DNA from: Dendrobates tinctorius
Lineage: Eukaryota
DNA length: 64,000 nt
Reading direction: 5' to 3'
Assembly: GCF_039654945.1 (NCBI RefSeq)
Contig: NW_027362062.1
Span: 3,720,001-3,784,000, forward strand
Under the pieces are notes generated by a model that made no database searches, was not told the DNA's origin, and saw only the letters and a program-made list of their open reading frames with translations. A program made the position numbers and the translations under genes. Below, piece by piece: positions 11,601 to 23,600 of this stretch (positions within the stretch are counted from its first letter, which is position 1; every line of letters starts with the position of its first letter).

Positions 11601-14600
11601 CATCTTTATGTACCTGTTCTATCTGTGTATTCCACTGATAGAGCACATAGCCATTATACTCCGTGGGGCTGTTCACCTGTCTGTGTTCAATATCTCCCAA
11701 CCCTTCACTCCTCCAAAAAATTGAGACATATCCATTTTTGACCAGTCATGGTCATGGATCAAACTCGTCTTTTTAAATAAAATAAAAGCAGCAGCACATA
11801 ATGGATAGGAGACACTTGGAAAAAGCAATAAAAACAGATGGTAAAAATAGACCAAAAATGGATGAAAATGGGATCCAACACATGAAAACGGGTTGGTTTT
11901 TTTTTCATGTAAAGGCAAAATGTAACGACTGAATAAGACCTAAAGAAGACACATTACCAATAAGACAAAAAGCTCAAAGGATCCACCTTATGGTGCAAAA
12001 TATCAGCTGGGCTTATAATTCTGCATCTAACTTTCTCCATCGTGGTAGCGCAATGCGCCCAGTTGAGCTGCCCACATATGAGGGATTTTAGACGTTTGTT
12101 TTCTGAACGACTAGTTGTGTTTGGTTGGTCTGTGAAGGGTATTGTTTTGGCTGATAATGCCATAAGATAAAATGAGAAATCATTGCTCCATCTCTACCGT
12201 GGAAGAAGAAGTTCTATTGATTGGACACAATTCTGTTATTCTGCATGAACAGTTTTTCATACACAACGAGTGAAAAAAATCCAGCAGGGCAAATTAAATG
12301 GTTTATCCGGCACCAATAACTAACACATTGGTGGTGAGTAGTGATGAGCGTCTTATCCGAGCATGCTCGGGTGTTATCCTTTTATCTTTCTTGTGCTCGT
12401 ATATTATGTTTGAGTCCCAGCGGCTGCATAATTTGTGGCTGTTGGACAGACACAACACATGCAGGGATTGCCTATTTGTTAAGGAAACCCCATATGTATT
12501 GAGGCTGTCAAACAGCCACAAATCATGCAGTCGCGGGGACACGGCTTCAATAAAAATGAAAAAAGCATATACAGAATGGGAGCTAGGAGGGATAGCTAAT
12601 ACTAGAGAAGAGAGAGAGGATTCAAAAAGATATAACTAAACTAGAGCAGTGGGCAGCAACTAACAGAATGGTTTTTAACAGGGAAAAATGCAAAGTACTA
12701 CATCTGGGCAATAAAAATGAAAAAAGCATATACAGAATGGGAGGAATAGGGCTAAGCGACAGCACATGTGAAAAAGACTTGGGTATACTAATAGATCACA
12801 AACTGAATATGAGTCAACAGTGTGATGCAGCAGCAAAAAAGGCAATTGCAATTCTAGGATGTATTAACAGAAGCATACAGTCTAGATCACGTGAAGTCAT
12901 TATTTCCCTCTACTCCTCTTTGGTCAGACCTCATCTGGAATATTGTGTCCAGTTTTGGGCACCACATTTTAAAAAAGACATCAACAAACTGGAGCAAGTT
13001 CAGAAAAGAGCGACCAGAATGGTGACCGGTCTGCAAACCCTGTCTTATGAGGAAAGGTTGCAGGATTTGGGAATGTTTAGTTTTCAAAAGAGAAGACTGA
13101 GAGGAGACTTAATAGCTGTCTACAAATATCTAAAGGGCTGTCACATTGTAGAAGGATCAACTTTATTCTCATTTGCACAAGGAAAGACTAGAAGCAATGG
13201 GATGAAACTGAATGGGAGGAGACACAGATTAGATATTAGAAAAAACTTTTTGACAGTTAGAGTGATCAATGAGTGGAACAGGCTGCCATGAGAAGTGGTG
13301 AGTTCTCCTTCAATGGAAGTCTTCAAACAGAGGCTGGACAGACATCTGACTGGGATGATTTAGCGAATCCTGCTTTGAGCAGGGGGTTGGACCAGATGGC
13401 CCAGGAGGTCCCTTCCAACTCTACGATTCTATGAACATAATATATGAGCACGCCCAAAATGCTCAGATAACACCCAAGCATGCTCGGATAATACGTTATC
13501 CAGGCACGTTTGCTCATCACTAGTGGTGACCAGTGCCGATGACGTAACGACCCCACATGCCTGCTGAGACCCGTGAATGATTAGCAAGTATTTATTGTGC
13601 ACCTGTCCTGCATGTTAGATTAGTACATGTGCATGATAACTGCTGATCAAGAAAGTGTCTCGGCAGGTTGTGTAGGTTCGTAAAATCACCGGCGCCGCTT
13701 TCCTGTGATGCCGAAGTGAGCGGTACTGGATTCCCTTTAACATTTAGATATCGGACTACAATTTGGCAACTTTGTTGGACTTTCACGCCACGAATAAGCA
13801 CTGATGGCCGTCAGGATAAGCTAGGACAAAGGGATAGGTCTATAAAATCATGTGTCTGGGGAAAGGTGAGAAGCTTCCATTCATATAAGATGCTCAGTTA
13901 GTCTTGCCGAAATCGGCCTCCACGGCTGACTTTGTGCTAAAGTGCAAAACTAATAGTCTACACGCCGTACGATGCCTGTCAGTATAGTATTCACTGCCAT
14001 TAGTAGCTGTCCCAGAGGAGCAAATAACTCAGGAAAGCTGGGAAGAAAGAATCTGCGTACATCGAGACCCGAACACCATTATCTGTTTGTTTTATTCGGT
14101 CACCATTCCTTTATGCTGTGTAAGTTTGCGTTCTATCTTCTCCTTAGACACAGGGGAGTCCGTGGACGTGTATCTGTTAGACACCAGCATTCAGAGCACC
14201 CATAGGGAAATCGAAGGCAAGGTTCTCATCACGGAATTTGAGAATGTTCCCGAGGAAGATGGGACCAGATTCTATCGTCAGGTTGGTTGAAATCTGGGCA
14301 AGGGGATTACAATGAATAACTGATGATGGACATGTTGCTGGTGGTGTATGATGACCACTTGGCTTCACCATTTTTCATACAAAGGGGTCCTTTAATCCTT
14401 TAATGGAATTATATGAAATTCAGACTTCTTTTCCACTTTTTCTTATAGGCCAGTAAATGTGAGAGCCATGGGACACACTTGGCCGGTGTCCTGAATGGAA
14501 GAGACGCCGGTGTTGCCAAAGGTGTAAATCTGCGAAGCTTACGAGTATTGAACTGTCAGGGTAAAGGGACAGTGAGCGGAAGTCTGATGGGTACGTCCTA

Positions 14601-17600
14601 CTGCTACGATCATTAATACGATCGATTTGTCCCCATACAGTACATTTCCTCAGCAGCACAAGTCCTGATTACATGGGGTGTTGTGCTGTCAATAATGATT
14701 TTTTTCCCAGGCTTTAACAATTTGCTCACCCATCAAATCAGTCCTTTTCTCGTCTGGCTAGTGATTGCCAGCATGTTTTTACAGGTTGATTATCGAGAAC
14801 GAATGCTAGTTTGCTAATTATTTACTTTTCTAAATGCCCCTAAGTTCTGATATTAGATGCCTCCACATGGAAGCATGGAATAAAGTAGCCTAATATGCTA
14901 AAATCCTGGCATTGTGGTCCATAGACCGACAGTGAAACATGGACTTCTATATTCAGCTAATCTCTATCACTATTTGGCTTAAATGTTTTAAAATCTGCTT
15001 TTTTTAACACAAATAGCACCACCCCTAACCAAAGGTTGTGTCCGGTACTGCACTTTAGACCATTGAAGTAATTTTCACAGAGCTACCATATCAGACACAG
15101 TCCATTGACAAAAGCTTTGCTGTTTCTAAAAAAAAACCTCCAAAAAACAATGGGATCTAATCCTGTATATATCCTTGTGGATTTGTTGCAGGTCTGGAGT
15201 ATATAAAGAAAGCAGTGACTGAGCAGCCATACAGTCCCCTGATTATTCTCATTCCCTTTGTTGGAGGGTATAGCCAAACACTCAATATGGCCAGTCGGAT
15301 GCTTATTAATTCTGGGGTCATAATTATTGCCGCTGCCGGGAATTACAAGGATGATGCTTGTCTGTACTCACCAGCTTCAGAACCAGAGGTTAGTATACCT
15401 GTATAGTAGTCAAACCTCTATTTTCTTGGTAATGCTGTGGTAGGGGGCCGGATTGGGGGGGTGGTCCACTGCTTACCGCGACCAGACGATGCAAAGATGA
15501 GACGGAGGTGGATTTCAGTTGTAACAGGTCCGAGATTATTGGCCGTCCTCTTGACGACCGTAGCCATGCACCGCAGCACCTTTACAGCTCTCCGTATCCA
15601 GGCCGGGTACCTTCACCTTTCCTTCAGTCGAAGTGACGTTCCTCGCGGATCTTTCGCTGGGGCTGTCCTAGACCAATCTACCGCCAGCGTTTCACCTGCC
15701 CGAGGTCGTCGTCCAATCGGTACCCCCGGGGCCTCGTCTGTCCTGCGATTCGTTGTGTCAGGGCCACCCCCCTGACTGTCTCCTCCTGTCAGTCCCCTGG
15801 TCGAGCTCTCCACCGTCGTCAGTCTTCTGTACTGAGTCTCTTCCTCCTGAGCTCCTCCCGGGACTAACCGAACCTGGAACCCTGTCCTGTCCTATTTATC
15901 CCCTTTCTTGGGAATTTTCCTCCTGGGTTCCTATCTCCCCGCCCCCCATGACTAAGTGGTTTCATAAGCCCTAAGCTGATGTCAAGTCCTGAACTACGCT
16001 CCCCCCTGCCATCTTGTGGTCAATTCTAGGTATTGCACTACCTTTTCCATCTACCCCAGCTGTCTCCCTTCTGTCATTACTACCATCCGTCTCCAGTGCA
16101 CAAACCATCCCTCCAGTCAAGTCCGTCCGTCAAGTCACCTTCCCCACAATGCACCTGTCTGAAAAGACAAAAGTTAAATGATAACTTTCTGCTCGTCATC
16201 AGCCACCACTAGGAGGAGCTGTGGAGCTTAGTGGCAGCTCCAGGGAGACAGAACTGTATCCCCACCGATCAGACACTGATGACCTATCCTGAGGATAGTC
16301 AATCAGTGCTAAAGTCCCGGACAACCCCTTTAAATTATAACTGTTGTTTCAGGAGAACTTGCAGTAGAATGTCTGTGTCTGCCTCTAGCTCCTTCCTAGA
16401 ATGTCTGTGTACCTCTAGCTCCTCCCTAGAATGTCTGTGTGTTCCTCTAACTCCTCCCTAGAATGTCTGTGTACCTCTTGCTCCTCACTAGAATGTCTGT
16501 GTCTGCCTCTAGCTCCTCCCTAGAATGTCTGTGTCTGCCTCTAGCTCCTCCTTAGAATGTCTGTATCTGCCTCTAGCTCCTCTCTCCTCCATAGAATCTT
16601 GAAAGCACCAACTGTCATCTCCTATCTCAGTAATGGGAAAATCTGTATTCACTAAAGACAGAATTCACAGATTTTCACAATGAACTTAGATTAAAAAAAA
16701 AATAAGTGCAGAAGGAGAAAAACGCAGATTTTTCCAAATCGATATATTAAAAACTAGATTATTTATAAGTACCTTAACCCTATTATTAGACTACATGATG
16801 ATATCATGGATTTCTTCCATTTACAGGTGATAACAGTTGGAGCCACCAACTATGAAGACCAACCAGTAACAATGGGAGCACTTGGCACTAATTTTGGCAA
16901 CTGTGTTGATATGTTTGCTCCTGGAGATGATATCATTGGTGCGTCCAGTGACTGCAGTACCTGTTTTACATCTAAGAGTGGAACATCTCAAGCAGCCGCG
17001 CATGTGGCAGGTATAGGGATTGATCTTTACAGAAAATAAGGGGTTGGAAGTAATAAACTGCTTTAGTTAATTTTGTAGCTGACAAACATTGTTGTGAGAA
17101 TGTCCTGTTCATTGTCATTGCACTGCCCTTGTCCCACTGCTTCCTAATGACCCTTGTTTTAAGGGAGTTTGTTAGAGCAAAATGACTGTTCAAACCAAGC
17201 AGAGGCGCTCAGTGCACTCTTGGTGTGGCCGAGCAATTCCCACCTACTTGTCTTCCTTCTATCTCTAGCCTTTCCTTGATTGGCAGCTCTGGCTTTACAG
17301 GTAACAAGAAATAAGTGGGAAGATGCACTGAACTGATCAGCCAGGCTAAGGGTGCACCGAGCACCTGCACTTGATTTTAGCCCTTATTTTGCGCTGACGG
17401 ACTCCATTTAAGACCCTCATTTGTATGGTACACAGGGTGGTGGTTGTGGTCGAGGCACTGCATTCCCAAACCTTGGCACCGCACAAATAAAGTGTTCCAG
17501 TCGCTTAGTGTTGTGCTGTCTACAATGCAATGTATTAACTTTCTGGCCGGAGGCCTCCGTTGCATCCACGTTCTTTGGTCCAAGATCAGCCGCACATAAA

Positions 17601-20600
17601 CCAGGGGACACTCACTTCTTAACAGCCAGTTCAGCTTTACTTAATAGTCTGAGTTCAATTGATGACAAAGCACAGTACATTTCCATGTTTTCTATTTGTT
17701 TAGCCTGAGCTCTCCCTTGGCTTACTGTCTCCTTCACCTCTCAGCATACACTGTTCAGCTCCAGGGTATTTATAAGACCCATCCTGTCTCCCTCACGCGT
17801 TTCCCCCTCCACTTTCCACTTATTGTATGGGAATAAGGCACACTTCCCAGTGCCTAGTTCATGTCGTAGGCCCCGCACATTACAGGAATGTCCGCTGAAG
17901 ACCAGTGCTGATGTTCTCATACTGCCAGAACAATGCGTAGTTCTCGTGCCATCCAGCCCTATGGCTGTGAATTCTTACTACTACTTTACCTATCTCTCTA
18001 TCTCCAACTAATATAACCAAGAAGTGCTCCCATTTTAATATAACCACCCCATTCTCATGCTGGGCTGGTCCCAAACATATTAACCATATCTAAACCTGTG
18101 CACTAATCTAAACCTGTGCACTACTTCCTATAACTAACATGCCCACCACTGCATACTTCCCTTTCTTACTCTAAACTATTAGCCCTATGCTATACCTTAT
18201 GTTCTAAAACCTATCTCTGTGCTTTCCCTATCTACTACACATTAGAACGCATACAGTAGTGCCTATAAGGTTCAATGCTCTTTATATTTAACACTGCTAA
18301 GATAATACAATATATTAGCCCTATGCTATACCTTATGTTCTAAAACCTATCTCTGTGCTTTCCCTATCTACTACACATTAGAATGCATACAGTAGTGCCT
18401 ATAAGGTTCAATGCTCTTTATATTTAACACTGCTAAGATAATACAATATTTTAAATACACATACCTAAATACTCTTCTTGCAAGCATTGCTTTCAGGAGA
18501 GGCGTATGACAGTCTCTATCACACCCTTACACATTTCCCAACTGCTTCTTGGTGCACTTCACACCGTTCTGCTGGGTGCTGCCCATCCTTGTCCCTTCCA
18601 GTAAATCCCTGGCTGTTACTGAGCATCATATCGATCATTCTGTTTTAGGTATTGCAGCAATGATACTTAACGGTAAGCCTGATATGTCAGTGACAGAACT
18701 GAGGCAGAGACTCATAAACTTTTCTACTAAGAACGCCATTAATGAAGCCTGGTTTCCGGACGATCAGCGGCTCATCACTCCTAACCGGGTGGCTGGATTA
18801 CCTGTTCAATTCAATAACGGCAAGTTACGTAATCCGATGTATACTTCCTAATTTATGCTTTAGCTTTTTTTTTTATCTAGTCTGCCATTAACTCTATAAG
18901 GGCTGGTCCCTGACCGGGGCCAAAAGGTGCCTCTGCCACAAGTATTATAAATGGTACAGTAGGAGGCCAGGAGCTTCACACTACACCTCTGTACTATGGC
19001 CACTGGATATTACTTCTGTAGAAGGTTGATAAAACAGTCCTATGAAGATACAAAAAAATTGCTACTGTCTTCCAGAAAACGGCGCCTCTGTTGTCTGTGG
19101 AATGGGTCTGGTACTGCAACTCAGCCGCATAATTGAGCAATATCAGACATAGCCCATGGGCAAGTGTTCCTCCAGGAGAACAGCCTTGTTTTTCTAATGT
19201 TAAGAGCATATCCCCAACATGTTCCTATTTCTCCTCTTAGATGAGCAGCTTTTTTGTCGAACGGTTTGGTCAAAGCCATCCGGCTTCGCTCGTACAGCAA
19301 CAACATCGGCGCGGTGCACCGGAAATGAGGAAATGTTCAGCTGCTCCAGTTTTTCTAGGAATGGTAAAAGAAAAGGGGAACAAGTGGAGGTAAGTAATAA
19401 AAATCAGCACAATAAAATACAGGTTAGGTCTGGAAATTTTATAAGGATGTTTCATTTTATTTAAAGGGAACCTGTTGGCTCTTGTCACTTGTCTGTTTTA
19501 GTAAATACATTGGTTCCCCATCATATAGCAATGATGAAACATCTTAATTTAGAGCTTTGTGTTGTGCTGTTACTTTGTTACCCTTCCTGGTAATGTATGA
19601 ATAGATTGACAGCTGTGATTTAGCAGTTGTGGGCACGTTCCTGTTCATGCTATCGTGCCGCCATTTGCAAATGGTGCATTCATAATAATCTTTATTTAAT
19701 TATTCAGGATAAAGACGGTAAGAAAATCTGCACTGCACACAACGCCTTTGGTGGAGACGGAGTTTATGCAATTGCTAGATGCTGTGTTTGGCCTAAAGTG
19801 AGCTGCAGTGTTAATGCAAGTACAGCCGATGATGCAAATGCAATGTCCGCTGCGAGCTGCTCGCAGGACGACCATGTCCTTACCGGTATCTATCAACGTT
19901 ATGTAATACATTTTCATACACATTACTTGTTTTATATGGGGTAAGTGACTCTTTACTCTTCTGTTCCGCAGGTTGCAGTTCCCATTCTTTAAGTGGCCAT
20001 TTCAGTGATCATGTGAGGCCCGTACACAGCAGTGGGGACAGGGATCCTGTGTGCATGGGGAAAAGTGAGGTCACTTCTCATGCCTTGTGTTGTCACGCTC
20101 CAAGCATCTCCTGCAAGGTTAAGGAACACTCTCCTGTGGGCTTCACGGATAAGGTATACACTCAAGCATATTAGAAACATACCTAGCACAGAGAAATCCT
20201 ATGGCTGCATATACAGTTAGCACCACACCTGAAATCAACTCCAGGCCTTTTATCTGCTTAATTGAGAATGACATAACGAAGGGATTGCCCACACCTGTCC
20301 ATGAAATAGCCTTGGAGTCAATTGTCCAATTACTTTTGGTCCCTTTAAAACAGGGTGGCACCTGTTAAGGAGCTGAAACTCCTAAACCCTTCATCCAATT
20401 TTAATGTGGATACCCTCAAATGAAAGCTGAAAGTCTGAACTTCAACTGCATCTGAATTGTTTTGTTTAACCCCTTCCTGACATGAGACGTACTATCCCGT
20501 CCACGGTACCCGGGCCCGTATGACCGGGGACGGGATAGTACGTCTACCGCGATCAGCGGCGCCCACGTGGTGAGCGCCGCTGATCGCGGCCGGGTGTCAG

Positions 20601-23600
20601 CTGATTATCACAGCTGACACCCGGCACAATGTGTCAGGGGCGGTCACGGACCGCCCCCGACACATTAACCCCTTGCACACCGCGATCAAACGCGATCGCG
20701 GTGTACCGGGAGTTAAAGGGAAGCATCGGCAGGGAGGGGGCTCCCTCCGTGCTTCCCTGAGCCCCCCACGGCAGCGCAATGTGCAGCGCTGCTGCGGGGG
20801 ACTCCTATCCTCCAGGCCCCCGAATCCAAGATGGCGACGGGGGCCTTCGGGGGCCTGGGGAAGCTGGCTTCCTCAGTGCCTGCAAAGCGCAGGCATGAGG
20901 AAGCCTTGTGCACTGCCTGTGACAGATTGCTGATCTGTCACAGTGATCTGTGATGTGACAGATCAGCGATCTGTCACAGGACAGTGATGTCCCACCTGGG
21001 ACTATGTAATAAAGTAAAAAAAAATTTAAAAAAAAGTGTAAAAATAAATTAAAAAAAATCGCCAAATAAATTAGTAAAAAAAAAAAAAAATATTCCCCAA
21101 TAAATTCATTTTTTTAAAATAATAAAAAAAAAAACCAATAAATGTACACATATTAGGTATCGCCGCGTCCGTAACGACCTGCCCTATAAAACTGTCCCAT
21201 TAGTTAACCCCTTTAGCGAACCCCTTAAAAAATAAAAATAAAAAACGAAGCAAAAAATAATGATTTATTATCATACCGCCAAACAAAAAGTGCAATAACG
21301 CGAGATCAAAAAGACGCATATAAATATCCATGGTACCGCTGAAAACGTCATCTTGTCCCGCAAAAAACAAGCCGCCACACAGCATCATCAGCAAAAAAAT
21401 AAAAAAGTTATAACTCGCAGAATAAAGCGATGCAAAAATAATTATTTTTTATATAAAATAGTTTTCATTGCATAAAACCGACAAAAACATAAAAAAAGAC
21501 CTAAATGAGGTATCGCTGTAACCGTACTGACCCGAAGAATAAAACCGCTTTATCAATTTTACCGCACGCGGAACGGTGTAAACGCACCCCCCCCAAAAGA
21601 AATTCATGAAACGCTGGTTTTTGTTCATTCTGCGTCCCAAAAATCGGAATAAAAAGCGATCAAAAAATTTCACGTGCCCGAAAATGGTACCAATAAAAAC
21701 GTCAACTCGTCCCGCAAAAAATAAGACCTCACATGACTCGGTGGGTCAAAATACGGAAAAATTATAGCTCTCAATATGTGGTGATGCAAAAACTATTTTT
21801 ACAATAAAAAGCGTCTTTTAGCGTGCGACAGCCGCCAAACATAAAAACCGCCATAAATAGTAAATCAAACCCCCCGTTATCACCCCTTTAGTTAGGGAAA
21901 AATAATAAAATAAAAAAAATGTATTTATTTCCATTTTTCCATTAGGGTTAGGGCTAGGGTTAGGGCTAGGGGTGTGTTGGGGTAGGGTTAGGTTAGGGTT
22001 AGGGCTAGGGTTAGGGCTAGGGTTAGGGTTAGGGCTAGGGCTAGGGCTAGGGTTAGGGCTAGGGTTAGGGCTAGGGTTAGGGCTAGGGTTAGGGGCGTGT
22101 TGGGGTTCGGGTTGGAGTTAGAATTGGGGGTTTCCACTGTTTGGGCACATCAGGGGCTCTCCAAATGCAACATGGCGTCTGATCTCAATTCCAGCCAATT
22201 CTGAGTTGAAAAAGTCAAATGGTGCTCCTTCCCTTCCAAGCTCTGCTATGCGCCCAAACAGTGTTTTACCCCCTCATGTAGGGTATCAGCCTACTCAGGA
22301 CAAATTGCAAAACAATTTTTGGGGTCCAATTTCTCCTGTTACCCTTAGGAAAATAAAAAATTGGGGGCAAAAATATCATTTTTGTGGAAAAAAAATGATT
22401 TTTTTATTTTCACGTCCGAGTGTTATAAACTTCTGTGAAGCACTTGGGGGTTCAAAGTGCTCACCACACATCTAGATAAGTTCCGTGGGGGGTCTAGTGT
22501 CCAAAATGGGGTCACTTGTGGGGAGTTTCAATAGTTTAGGTACATCAGGGGCTCTCCAAACGCACATGACAACCGCAGACCATTCCATCAAAGTCTGCGT
22601 TCCAAAACGTCACTGCTTCCCTTCCGAGCCCCGACGTGTGTCCATACAGTAGTTTTCTCCCACATATGGGGTGTCAGCGTACTCAGGACAAATTGGACAA
22701 CAACTTTTGGGGTCCAATTTCTCCTGGTACCCTTGGGAAAATAAAAAAAATGGTGACTAAAAGATCATGTTTGTGGAAAAAATACGAATTTTTTATTTTC
22801 ACGCCCGGGCGTTGTAAACTTCTGTGAAGCACTGGGGGGGTCAAAGTGCTCACCACACATCTAGATAAGTTCCTTGGGGGGTCTAGTTTACAAAATGGTG
22901 TCATTTGTGGGGGGTTTCCACTGTTTAGGTACATTAGGGGCTCTCCAAAGGCAACATGACACCCGCAGACCATTCCATCAAAGTCTGCATTCCAAAACGT
23001 CACTACTTCCCTTCCGAGCCCTGACGTGTGCCCATACAGTAGTTTTCTCCCACATATGGGGTAGCAGCGTACTCAGGACAAATTGGAAAACAACTTTTGG
23101 GGTCCAATTTCTCCTGGTACCCTTGGGAAAATAAAAAAAATGGTGACTAAAAGATCATGTTTGTGGAAAAAATACGAATTTTTTATTTTCACGCCCGGGC
23201 GTTGTAAACTTCTGTGAAGCACTGGGGGGGTCAAAGTGCTCACCACACATCTAGATAAGTTCCTTGGGGGGTCTAGTTTACAAAATGGTGTCATTTGTGG
23301 GGGGTTTCCACTGTTTAGGTACATTAGGGGCTCTCCAAAGGCAACATGACACCCGCAGACCATTCCATCAAAGTCTGCATTCCAAAACGTCACTACTTCC
23401 CTTCCGAGCCCTGACGTGTGCCCATACAGTAGTTTTCTCCCACATATGGGGTAGCAGCGTACTCAGGACAAATTGGAAAACAACTTTTGGGGTGCAATTT
23501 CTCCTGGTACCCTTGGGAAAATAAAAAAATGGTGACTAAAAGATCATGTTTGTGGAAAAAATACGAATTTTTTATTTTCACGCCCGGGCGTTGTAAACTT

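Noticed and set aside
19938-19946. Strong GG|GTAAGT donor inside PCSK9 intron 10
   Set aside because: Only 31 nt from the acceptor and would shift the frame; the donor at 19886 gives the conserved 178-nt exon
21941-22095. True telomere or chromosome fusion site
   Set aside because: Short, degenerate, single orientation and enclosed within transposon TIRs
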